DNA from: Lingula anatina
Taxonomy: Eukaryota > Animalia > Brachiopoda
Length of the DNA: 64,000 bases
NCBI GenBank assembly: GCA_051362555.1
Contig: CM120641.1
Coordinates: 42,104,401 to 42,168,400 of the forward strand
Reading direction: 5' to 3'
The notes beneath the pieces were generated by a model. It did not search any database. It had not been told where the DNA came from and worked only from the letters and a program-made list of their open reading frames with translations. Shown here piece by piece: positions 1 through 12,900 of the stretch (position 1 is its first letter; each line of letters begins with the position of its first letter). A program made the position numbers and the translations under genes.

Positions 1-155
1 ATATTTTAAAATGCAATTATTCTGATCATCAGAATTAGAATTGTAAATTTTGTTTTAATGGAGGAATTCCCTCAAAAAATGAGCCCACTCATTACATTAC
101 TGTACAAGGCGTAACTAAATATTTCAAACTTGTTTGTTCCACATGTCTATTACAG

Positions 156-995
156 ATCCAGCCAGAGACCTATATGGCAATGGAATGGATTCAGGAAGTT
201 CCATTTGTGCTCTCCTCCAATCTTCACGGAGGGGATTTGGTCGCCAACTATCCGTATGATGAGAGCCAGACTGGGGCCCCGCAGGAATACAGCAAATCTC
301 CTGATGATGGCACTTTCAGGTAATTTACATCAATTTCTCTTAAATCATTTATTCTTCTCTAAATTATGAAGGAGTTTTATTTTATCAGTTTATTTACGAG
401 AAATGGAGGCAAAGTGCTAGAAGCATTAAATGCTCTCCTTGAAGACCAAGTTACAAAGCAAACAAAAAAGAAAGAAAAGTAATAAGAATGTAAAAAAAAA
501 TAGTCATAAAAAATGAAGATGGGGCTAATTGACAATTAAATATGGTGGAGTTGCGTCTTCTTCCTCAGTTACTACTATGCTGTAAGAGGAAATATGTTTG
601 ACATGTTCTTATTCTAAGTTATATTCAACTTATAAAAAGAAATCAAAACGTGAAAGGGAAAACATAAAAATGGTCAGATGTCATTTTGCTTTTCTCACAG
701 CTGTATCAATTCTTTGTTTTTAAGATTAACTGGAAAAGTTCGGATAATTGAAAAATTAATTGCTCTACTTTTTTAAGACTTAAATATATGGAGCTGGTCA
801 TAAAGCAATATTTCATTCTTCAAGGTATCTAGCAGAGTCTTACTCTCTGTGGCATGCCACCATGGCCAAGCCCCATGAATCTTGCGACGACATGCCAGAC
901 AACGAGAAATTCCTGAAACAGAAAGGGACTACCAATGGAGCTGCCTGGTATTCTGTGGCTGGAGGTGAGTTATCTTCACAGTCTCTTTATCTCTT

Positions 996-1030
<35 letters not shown>

Positions 1031-4000
1031 TCCATTAACAGTACTTGTTGCTTACATAAGATAGCACTGTATTAAACGGACTTGGGTAGAAATTCTCATT
1101 TGATCTTTTATGATGCTATTTTGAGGGAAATGATCCTCAGCGAAACAGTCAAAGTTATGATTATGTAAGACCAACAAAGGATGCAGCTGATACCACTGAA
1201 AATAGAACTGTAGAGTTATCTTTCTGACGTAGTAATTTGCACCTGATCTGTAGTTTAGTATGAAGGATGGATAGAGATGATGTTGTCTCATGTATATGGT
1301 GTTGTCTCACCCTCTGACATTAACGTCATTTGCACCTGATCTGCTGCGTGAACAGGAAGGATGAACAGAAGGGATGTCACTAACAATATCCTTTAGCATT
1401 TATCTAGTGGATTCTTGGAATTAGAAATCATTACATGTCAGGAGAACCCTAATGATGTATTTTAATAAGGTTTACTTTGTCTGGTAGTCAGTATGACATT
1501 TACTAGCAGTGGTTACTGATTTTGATTATGACATGTATTAATTTAACTGCTGCTGAAGATTATTCAATTAATGTGTGTGTAATAAAGGAATGGATGATGT
1601 TCAAATGGACTTACATAACAGACATTACTGCAACAGTTGATGAAAAAATCAAATAATATTTGGGCAAAAAGCTTGAAATAGGACAGCATTACTTTTAATC
1701 AGTAATGATATTGGAAATGGATGATAATGAAGATTGGGTGCATCCTGACATTTAATCAGAGGAAAAATAACCTAGAGATCTTGTATGAAAAAAAAAAATG
1801 CTATTTTTATATTTTTGCCAGATAATACTAAAGGTGCAATGAATGTTACAGAGAAGTGTTCACTCAAGGTTAATAAGAAAAAAGGATGAAAAAAAGAAAA
1901 GAATGACCAATTTTTCAAAAATTGTCACAAGCCTGAATTGGCAAGATTGCAGTGACTATGTGCAAGCAACAGTTTTTATGGCACATTAACTGTGGATTCT
2001 GCCAGAGTAAATTTCCAAAGGATGTGGCAAAATATTGATCAGTTTGGATTCTAATTGAACAGCTGGGATTGTTCTCAAGAGAAAAACCCTACAGGTCTTA
2101 GTGGTGAATACATGGCTGAAACAATAGTTTGTTTCCTGTGTGAAGTGAGGGGGCGGCCATTGATGTTGTGAATTGTGAGATATTAACCAAGGATATTAAG
2201 AGGCACTGACGTAAGGTCTTGACATATAGTTGACATATAGTTTTCGCAAGTCGTGGAAATAATGTCATTTGTTTTGTGAAGTGTTTTAAAAAAGCGTAAT
2301 GGTGACAGAGACTTTTTTACTAGGGCATGATAATGTTAATAGCAAAGGGAAAATAAATTTTTGGTACAATTTGGGGGTATTATTTGATGCCAACAATTAC
2401 ATATATTATGTCCCTTTATGAAAAAAGACAAGTTAAAATGTGGATTAACTGAATATAGTGAAAAGACCATTATTTTTATTGCTTTCTTTAAATAATTGGG
2501 TAATCCTTCTTCATTTGTCAAGATTGACATCATCATTAGGTCGTTGATGGTCATAAAGTTCTATGAAATGTGCTTATGTTATTAAAATTTGCCTTTAGAT
2601 CTATAACCATTAGATACCAATAAATTGGCAAAGTTGGAAGACCTTCGAAAGTATTGTTTGACTCCCTTAGCTGAATGCAGCATTTAGAGAGGCAACAGCC
2701 AATCAGCAGACCACTCAAGATTTATTTTTCAATTTGGCAGAATGTGCTTGTACATACTGATAGGCAGGTCATTGATGGGCTGTTAGCTGAAATTCCTTAT
2801 TGATTCAACTTTAAAGATGCTTGTAAATCCACCCTGTTTGCCCTGAAGGTTGGCAAATACAACCTTTTGTGAGAGAAGAGATTAGCGATGGGCGGATGGT
2901 AAATAACAGTAACAGTCAATAACTGTTGTATTTATTGCTTCATTGTCATGGGCTATTTTTGTATCTTGATTGCATTTTGAATTACTGCCTGTTGAGTTCC
3001 CGGAATAGAAAGTCTGAAGTGATGTATTGTCAGATATGCTGTGATTGTTTGATAGGAATTGATTATATTTTAGTTACTGCACCACTTGCGTATAAAGTCT
3101 GCCAGGGTGCGATGTGCTACTCATTGTTTTTGAAAGCTAAGCCAAGTAATGGCCCAGAAATAGTTTTATGGTAGCTAGTATTGATGCTTTGTCTTAGAAG
3201 AATGATGATACTGCATGAATACAAAATAATTTATTTCGAGATGAGTTGTACACAGAGTTAGAAAAATAAGCCTTATTATTTGAAATCTTTCGGATTTGCC
3301 TTCTTGATAGCCTGTCTCTGCCAGAAAAAAAATTACAGGAAGAATAATGATTTTAATAAATTCTCAAGAGGAAAGATGATATTCCATGGATGATAAGTTA
3401 TCAGCTGCCATATGTTCCAAATTATAAAAACTGTCTTCCTGTGAATATATAAAGTGGCTATAGGATGACAGACAGGGCTTAACACCTGAATAACCACATT
3501 GTGTTTGACTACATATTTAATATAGCCCAATCATTTCTGCTACAGAGGAGACTAAGGTTGCCAGGAGACAGGGTATTCAAATGCATAGCCATTTACTTAG
3601 TTGGGTTAAGATGAGCAAAATATTTATTCTCACTGAAGAGATTTATGTACTGCTGATTAAACAATGAACTGATTGTGCAGTCAATGTATGATGTAAATAC
3701 TCTGATAAAAATGGCTCCCTGGTTGTTCAAGGGGGGTGGGGGGGGTGGGGGGACACATGGGGGCTGCTTAAGTTGAAAACCACCAAGGAAATTATCAAGA
3801 AAAAAATCATGTTTGCATCTTGTATTCCTTTTAGGCATGCAAGATTTCAACTACCTCCGTACCAACTGTTTTGAGATCACCTTGGAGCTTGGATGTGACA
3901 AGTACCCACCTGAGAATGCTTTGCCACAGTTTTGGGAAGACAACAAGGATGCCTTGATCAACTTCATGTGGCAGGTAAGATATTAGTTACCGCCTATTTA

Positions 4001-5643
4001 TTATTAATTAGAATAAGAAAACAATGAGCATTAGACCTTTATATAGCAAAGAAATTTATTTTTCTGGGACTTACAAAAATTTTTCTTTAATCACCTTGAT
4101 ATGAGGTATCAGTTGACAAAATTAGGATCTATAAATGTCTTTTTATTCACTGTAAATTAAATTTTTTAAGCATCTCTTAATAGAGATGTCATGGAGACTG
4201 GTGAATTTGGGTGGTAATGGTAGTAATTAGATTCCTGTCATTATAGAATTGTGGAAAAACATCTAAGGGGATGCCTTTAGGCACAAGTATGGATAAATAC
4301 ATTATTACTAATTTAAAAACGGGCCATTAATAATTTGTTTTGCTTTTTGTAGACCCATATAGGTATAAAGGGAGTGATTAGGGATGCCCAGACCAAGAAG
4401 GGTATTGCCAGTGCCACAGTGAAAGTGCACAACCTAACCAGTGACGCTGATATCAATCATGATATCACATCTGGTAGGTTTGAATGGATTGCTTGTCACC
4501 ACAAACGCAATGTTACAGCCATTGTGCTGTCTCAGCTAACACAATGATGTATCATATATTGTAAAACAATAATATGAGTGTTCAGTATATGATCAGTTTT
4601 CTTATTGGTCTTAGAAACCAGACCAATGGAAGCTGACCATGTAAATGGTCACAAGTGAACTAGTACTGATTTGTAATTATAATAATGTGTAGTTTTTATC
4701 ATTTTGATGAATTATCAATTGCATCCCCTGGTTTGGTCATATTTAAAGCATTTTTGATGCATCTTAAAAGGCACTTAGTGACAATATGAAACAAACTAGT
4801 CCAGCAGACCTAACACAATATCATGTCCCACCCAGTTCCATCTGAAATATTCTCCTTACAGCACATGATGGAGACTACTGGAGGCTTCTGATTCCGGGCT
4901 CCTACATGGTAACAGTCACTGCTCCTGGCTACCTCCCTCAGACCAAGTGTATGGAAGTGACAAATCCATTCCGGACAGAGGCCAAAGAAGTGGACTTCGA
5001 ATTGCAGCCTCTCAGGGAAGATGCTATGAGTGTCAAGGCGGATGTTGATCCCAGCTGTGCACATTTGAATATGGTGCCAAATGCTGTGATGGAGGAAAAA
5101 GGCGACCAAGAGAAACAGAAGATAAAGCATATTTTACAGAATAAATATCAGGTATTAATTCATGTTATTCTAGTTATCCATTTATAAACATTAGAGAATG
5201 TATTTGCAGATTGGAAAATATAAGGGAAAGGTAGCGAGAATAATTGAATTCTTAAATAGCAAAAAAAAATCAGGGTAGGAATGCTGTCCTATCATGTAAA
5301 ATGGAATATCTGGTTTAAAGATGCATTTCAATTTATTTTGATAACTGCCTGTCCAGTGTTTCAGATGTACTGTTTTAAACAACATAAAGAAAATGTAATG
5401 TTCTTGTTTAAATTTTGATGTACTTAAAATCATATTCAATGCTGTTTGTAATAAATTGATTAAAAATCCACTGCTTTCTAGGAGAACTTTGAAGGTGATG
5501 ATGATGATGATGAGATAGAGCGTTGGTATGATAACTCATATGATGGCAGCAGACTAATGTCCAGCAATTACATGGAGGATCTGGAATATCTGGAGGAACT
5601 GAAGGACCTTCAGAAACTTCTGGATGGATACCTGCAGGAGTAG
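156..5643 (+). CDS. CPE: Carboxypeptidase E-like (M14B, N/E subfamily) metallocarboxypeptidase, 3' portion; 5' exons lie outside the window
   Basis: GT-AG exons 156-319, 825-964, 3835-3974, 4353-4473, 4862-5151 and 5482-5643 join in frame. They encode [20 protein letters not shown] (Zn-ligand His), [32 protein letters not shown] (catalytic Glu) and a transthyretin-like domain (HIGIKGVI...[12 protein letters not shown]), then an acidic tail and TAG. No TM helix is present, which favours CPE over CPD. Confidence 0.9.
1000..1028. repeat. (GA)n microsatellite
   Basis: Pure GA run in a CPE intron. Confidence 0.95.
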
Positions 5644-7635
5644 ACATTCCCCAAAAGCTATGAAGCTCCTATTGAAAGCATTTTCAAAACTTAATGAATC
5701 TTGATAGAAATAATAGATTGGAGCAAACTCTTGCAAAATTTGTTTTTTAGTTAAATTAAAATTATGTTGTCTTATCAACAAATCTGGCCAAATCATTGAC
5801 TAGTTTAAAAAAAGATTATCAAAAATATAATACTTTCATCAGTGACAAAACTGATTACAATAGCCAACCCAATAATGTGAATGGCACATGCTCCTTTGTT
5901 ATGAAAATATTCATAAAGTTTTAGAAGACTGGTGCAGAAACTACAGTTGTAAGATATATTCAGAGAGTACAGTTGTTATGTATCTAGTCCAAAGTAATGA
6001 TGGTGCATTTCCAGTATGTGTCTTGTTTCATTTATTCAGTCTGTTTAAAGCAAACCAAGCCAGAATTTTGGAACACATTTTTAGTGCATGAATTGCTTCT
6101 TGTTGAACTTATCTGAGGACAATTTAAACTTTAAAACATATTTTGACAGATAAATGGCCTTAATAAATATTCACAAAAAATGATCATATTTACCGTCCCT
6201 TGTCCAACCTCGATAGACACAGTTTGAAAATAACACAGGTTCACTGGCAGCATTACACTAGTTTTAACTAAGCATTGGCACAAAAATCATGTGATATCCA
6301 GAAGTCAAGTCATGGAAGGAATGATGTATCAGGGAATAAAAAAAAAAAAAACTGAGCTAAAGGGCAGGTTTCGATCTTTTGTTTTTTTTCCAAAATTGTA
6401 ACAAAATTATGCTGAGTGTCAGAAAAGGAAGATTAAAAGTTGGCTAGGTGAGGGAAAATGCTGTTTACCCCAGAAAAATTTGTTGAATACGAGTTTTGAC
6501 AAAAAATTCTGGCTTGGAATGCTTTAATTGGTGTCAACTGTATATTATATTTAATATATTATATTAGCACATCTTAACAAGAGTTACTTATGTGGTGAAT
6601 TATACTTATTCAGACTTTCGAGAAGTATTTTAATTTTTTTTCCATGGGGCCATAAAAAGCAGTATTCAGTTTAGTATGAGTGCACAGACATTTGCATTCT
6701 TTAATTTTCTAGAGAGAGGATATTATTCATTATTTTTAGCCTCTTTGATAACTTTTTTTGTTATGTAAGCAGAGCCTTGATGACCTTTTACAGATTTTCC
6801 TTCCCAAATATAGTTTTTACAAAATATAATACATACCTGAATCAGTAAATCAAAAATGTGAACCCAATTAGAAAATGTAAACACAGATCACTTTGCTTTG
6901 TGTAGTTTATCTTATTTTCATTTTAAGATCTACTTGAACTGACATTGTAATAAGATGTGCCAATATTTGACAGCATTTGAGAACCTAATTACTAAAGCTT
7001 ATTCAAAGGCCACAAATTCTGAAACCCTTATGATATTATAGATCTTTTTCTAATTAAATTGAATTATTAACGATTAGTAATGTAGGTGTTGTGTGTGTAT
7101 GTAAGCATACATATAGGTATTAACTATTTTGTCTGATGTTTTTGAACTTTGATTAGCATACATGGAGTATTGAATGTATGAAAATCTTGACTGTTTACAA
7201 AATCCCTTTATTTACAGATTGTAAAAGTGAAGCTTTTAAATTCCTGGAATTTGCAGAATTTCACAATAAATTCAGTGCTAACAGTTACGTAACAGGTAGA
7301 TGGCAATCTATCTAAGTGAAGAAGAATTTGTATTTATTGATCATTTATTAGATAGCAATCAAAATTTTCAGTGTACAATCAGCCACACATACATATAACA
7401 GGGACAGTGAATCAGGTGCAAGTCCTACTTATGTATTTATTATGCTTTTAGTACTTGTTGTAAAACTATTTTGAATTTTTGTTTTTATGTGTCATAATGT
7501 CCATATAGAAGTTCACTGATTATAAAACGGTTGTGGTGAAGGTTGACCAGCCTAGGGTTAAGGGATATCTGAATTTTATTTCAGTTTGTTATGCATCATT
7601 AATGGAGAACAGACATACTGAAATCCAGAGTAGCT

Positions 7636-7664
<29 letters not shown>
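7636..7664. repeat. poly-G tract
   Basis: Homopolymer G run. Confidence 0.9.
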
Positions 7665-7666
<2 letters not shown>

Positions 7667-9101
7667 GCAAAAGGCAGGAGTGAGAATGAGCACAGCATTT
7701 GTTCAGTGATGGCAGAGTAATGATATTTAATATTAAGAAAGTATTTAAAGTTAGATGTATTTGAGGATTTAAAAGTATTTGAAGGTTAGGAAAGCAAAGA
7801 AAGTGAAAAGAATTAGACAGTGCTTGCATTTCATTGATAAAGTATCAAAAGACCCCCTTTTAATGTTATATTTATTTTTACAACTAGAGTTATAGGTAAA
7901 GCTTAAGTGTTTCATGGTGTTATAAGAATGCTGTATTCAATTTAAAATGAAGGAAGGATCTGGTGCCAATGATATCATGATGAGCACACCTTTTAGAAAT
8001 ATATCATCTTGCTAAATCAGTTTGGGGTCCGAGAGGCAAATTTTACAAATAATATTTTAGGAGAGATGAAACTAACCAATCCAACCGTAAATGAAATACC
8101 AATCCACTTGATAGTATTTCAGTATACCACAGGGTTATTTACTTTTGACATTCCTTAGACGATATGATTAATATCCACACTTGATATAATTCTGAATTGG
8201 CTTCCTACTAGGGGACATGTTACAGTACAAATATTATGCATTCCAATGGGTTCTGAGTGACAAGTGTAAATGTCCCATTGTGGAACAAAATTCCTGAATT
8301 AATTTGGGCTCACAGTAACAAACAAAATTGAAACATTTCAGAAAATTTGATTTGGCTAAGGAAAAATTGTTAATGACTATTAAAATTGATTTGGGGTTTG
8401 GCAAAATGTTTGGTTCAACCAACAATTTAAAGCTGTACGGCTGGTAAAAATAAAACTATCAGGAGCTCAGATTCACAATAATAGGTAAACTTTAGATGTT
8501 ATAATTTGTCACAGCTTGAAAAATGTTAATTATATCATTTTTATTCAGGGTCACTCAGCATGAGATGATATAGGATGTAACTAGTCCTGTAAAAGTGCAA
8601 TAAATGTTGATAATGCAACTGTGATTGTGTAATTTTGATTAGATTTTCTTTTTTAACATGCAAAAAGTTTTCAGATTGCAGTATTTTAAGATCTCCACAG
8701 AGAATACAGAAAGTAGTTTTTGAGACGCGTTGTACTTGAACTACTGACAATGCACAATGATAATAGCAAGAATTAATGGCATCCACATGCAAAGATATGC
8801 TTTAATATCCAAAAAAATTAGCTCTTCATCAATATGGGATAGATTTTATGACATTTTAACTAAGTTTCTTACCAAATTGAAACCAAAATACAGTTTCAGA
8901 GAATTATGAAGTATGTACAAAAGTCATTACTTTGATACATTCTCACTTTGAAATACTTAAATCATTGAAGTTACTGACAAATGAAAGACTGTCAAAAACA
9001 TCTTTGAATTCAACTCTTGAAATCAAGCTATCTAATGCTATAATAATGTTAATGTGACCGACCAGCAGATTTTAATGCATTATTAATCAGAGCTCTGCCT
9101 C

Positions 9102-9116
9102 CCAGCAGATGGCACT
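9102..9116 (+). promoter_or_regulatory. CTCF-like motif between the convergent CPE and MAD1L1 3' ends
   Basis: CCAGCAGATGGCACT fits the CCASYAGRKGGCRS consensus; binding is not demonstrated. Confidence 0.4.
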
Positions 9117-9209
9117 GACATTTCAAGATGGTCTGAACAAGTCCAGTAACACTCCAGAAATCTGGAATACTCTCATTTATCTACAGACGAGTCTCTAAAT
9201 AGTGTGATA

Positions 9210-9892
9210 TCATAGCATGAGAGTCTGGCGGCTGAATAAATCTAGTGTCACGCTACTCAAGAAAGCTGGAATACTGTCATTTTTCTGGAGATAAGTCTCT
9301 ATGAAGTGTGACATAGTGGCAGAGAAGTCTGTGGCCAAAAGCTGCATTTCTCCTGTAGAAGTTTGCTAGAAAATAAATTTAATGTTGGCATAAATAATGT
9401 GAAGGATATTACAGTGCATAGTGTTACAGAAAGAGAGAATAAGCAAGGACTGTTGATAAGACTAATGGATCAGAGTTTTTTAAATTCCTTGTATAAAGTA
9501 AGACGTAATGAACTAAATGGAAGGGGACATGCACATAACAACTTTACATATTTAAGATGAATGGGCACAAAACTATCACATTCTCATCAAGATTTACCTG
9601 AAACACGATGAAGTCATCAGGAGACTCTGCATACATGCTCATCAGCCTGTACTGGTTGGTACAGGGAATGTCTATCTTGTAGCCTGTCAGCTGGTAGCAC
9701 ACCTCCCGGAACTCCTGACTGGTTTTCTTAAACGCCTCCATTAAACGCTTGTTCTTTAGTTCGGCAGTGGAGAGCTGTGCTTTGATATCTGCAATGGTTA
9801 GAAAATACTTTGTCATATTTCAGTTTATTTTTGACATTATTTAACACAGTAAATACATCTTACATGATGACATTACAAAACGTACTGTCACA

Positions 9893-9931
<39 letters not shown>

Positions 9932-12900
9932 TTTTAAACCACCATGCATAAAACATTAAAACCTTGCTAAAATTACCCACTCACCAACAACTTCTTTACT
10001 AGTGGAAGGTTGCTGTACGTTCTGGTCCACTTTTTGTGTGATATCCTCCACCACTCCTCCCGATGTTTCCAGAAGCTTTACTCTCTCCTTTAACTTCCTA
10101 TTCTCCTCTCGTAGTTGTGCCAGCTCCTCCTGGCGTTGCTTTTGTGCCATTGCAGCAGGGTTCATTGAGAAGTGGAGCACCTTTGTTTTTGTTGGGTCAT
10201 AGTCCCCCTAAACCAGAAATCAATTCCTTTCTCAAGTGTTTAAAGGACTCAAAGTAAAATATAATGTTATGGCATGCTAAATGTTTGCCTGGAACTCAAA
10301 ATATAGCACTGCTGAAAGTTATCCAGAATTGTATTTTAGATTTTTCGATATTTTTTCTCAATGGTGCAAACAAAAATCACAGATTACCACATTCGATTTT
10401 TAAAAATCCAACACATAAACCAAGTAACTATGGTGACTAATAAACTTTTATTAGTTTTAACTACTGTACAAATAATTTTACTGATTAAAACTGTATAAAA
10501 GTTTTGTAACAATGATAATACCTGTAAATTTCTCTGCTCTATTCTAGCTTCTAGGATTTCCTTTTCCTCAGACACCATTTCCAACTGTTTCTCAAGTCCT
10601 GCTATTTTTTCCCTGAAATCAGATCATTACCATTTTGATTACACCTTCACAGCATTTTATCATAAAAAATAGTAATAATTCAATAAAATGACAATTGTAA
10701 AAAAGATAAAACTTCGAGTTATGATATCTCCACTTACATGGGAGTAGCAAACTGGTATAATGCTCATAAGATTACATATGGTGTACTACCTTAGCTGTAA
10801 TATAGTTTTCTGCTCAACTTCTGATATCCCAGAGCCCAGAGATTTGGTTTGCTCAGCAACCCTCAGTTTATGCTCCAACTAAAAGGGAAGATAATTTGTT
10901 GCTCTATATTCTAGAGAGAATACTTTTTCATATGAATTACAGTAAACTTAGACACTTCTGGTTTGAGAAGTTGTATGCAGATTTGAGTAAGGGAATGTTC
11001 ATCAAGAGTTTCAGCAACACAACAGAAAAAAAAATTGTTCCACAACATAAGTTTGAGACAAATAATATTTCAGGTTACAAGGTGACAGATTATGTAGTCT
11101 ACTATATTTACAAAAATTGCTCGTGAAGACTAATATGCCAGTTCTTACATAACCTTTCTTTTCTTAACTTTGAATTTATTTTCTTACCTAAAGTGTAATA
11201 TGATAATAAGTCTACCCTTTTTTGTTCTTAATGAGCTTGATATGCTCAGGCATCTAAAACTAGAGACACAGCTGCCCTCTAACTACATCATATTCTGTGG
11301 ACTAACCTGTTGGCACTGTATTCTACAGTCTCCCAGCTGTTGCTGAGCTTGGTTAGCCTGTGCTTCTAAAGCCTCGCACTGTTTCTGATATCCCAGCACT
11401 GTGGCCTCAAGCTGCTGCACACGGGTGGTGCTCTGTGACCCAACATTTACCGTCACCTCGCTTTCGTAGGATTCGATGATTTTCTTGTATCCATCTCTCT
11501 CCTGTAAATAGTATGGAAATATCTGTTATTTTATATAAATGCTCTGTGCAGGCATGTATGTGGGGTCTCTTTCTGTTCAGATCCCCTGGATTGAGTCTGC
11601 AATGCTCATAAGTTCAAAGAGAACTGCTGTCATGACAAAAACCATGAACATGACACATGAACATGACCTAGTCATGCCAAAATTTGACTGCAAAGTAAGG
11701 TTCAACAACAAAAGGTAAACAGATAAAAATTTCATCAAGAAAAACTGGCCTTAAAAAAACATCTTTATGTCAAGAGCTCCAAACCTTTGAGACAAGCAGC
11801 AGTTTTCTCTGGAGTCTCTTGAGCAGCTCCCCCTGTTGAGTAGATTTATTTTGTTCTACCACTAGTTCTCTGCTGACCTGGTTCAGTTTACTTTGAGCAT
11901 TCTCAAGACTGGCTTGCATAGAGTGGATGCTGCAGAAGAAGAAATAACACAGTCAGGGCAGATTTTAAATGCTTTCACCACAAAGTATCAATATTCCTCA
12001 AAAGATACTACAACTTGGTTCATGTCACACACCCTGGTTATATGATGGAAGGGAATCTGTAAATTAGTGTGCTTTAATTGTAGACCACTGGATTTATTAT
12101 TATACACAAAGTAAAATAGCCACACAGCTAATGACAGCTATACGAAACTAACCCCAGAACACTGTCTTCACAGAAATACTCCATCATAATTATCAAATAC
12201 ATTAAACAAAGACACCATGTTGATGTTCTATATGTAGTATATGTACCTGGACTTGAGCTTTCCCTCTTGTTCCAGCATTGTCAACTGGCTGTTCTGGAGG
12301 TCAGCTATACGATGGGACAGCTGTGATGGTGACCTACAGAAATAAGGAAATACTGAATGTAAGTAATAACACACATATTGAGGGACCAGCTATGTCAGTA
12401 GTTTGACACCATTTCTCTCATCTTGGACCACCAAAGAAAATGGAAGAATGAGAAGACTTACATGATGTAAGTCAAAACTCATAAGTCAAACATGTTTAAT
12501 TCTTGTCCCAGATACACGAGGGACAATTTAAAGGCCTGTAAAAAAATTACTCAAAGGTTATCATCTATTTTTGATAATAATAATTTTGCCTATCATTTCA
12601 AAGATGGTAAAAATAAACAAAACAAACTGCTGTAAGGATGTCCAGGGTAACTTACTGTACTTCATTCTTCAGATCATAAACCTACTCTCAGGCGGTAATT
12701 ACATAATCAAGTTATTAAGATTTGCTTTAATGAGTCAAGCAATATGTCAGACAGTTTTATTGTGCAGCAGTTTTTTAATGACACAGCGTAAGTAGCTTAC
12801 TGTACTTTCCAGCCTCCTGGGGCACCTGGGGACTCCCACTGTTTAAGCTTGTTTTTCAGGTCCTAAAATTACAAAATTATATATCATATCATTATGCATT

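Noticed and set aside
1230-1380. Short direct repeat (ATTTGCACCTGATCTG...GAAGGATG) in a CPE intron
   Set aside because: It is an ordinary decayed local duplication with no further structure.
156-5643. Carboxypeptidase D call
   Set aside because: The active domain is followed by a short soluble tail and a stop, with no further CP repeat or TM helix. CPE-like fits better, although the 5' end is not visible.
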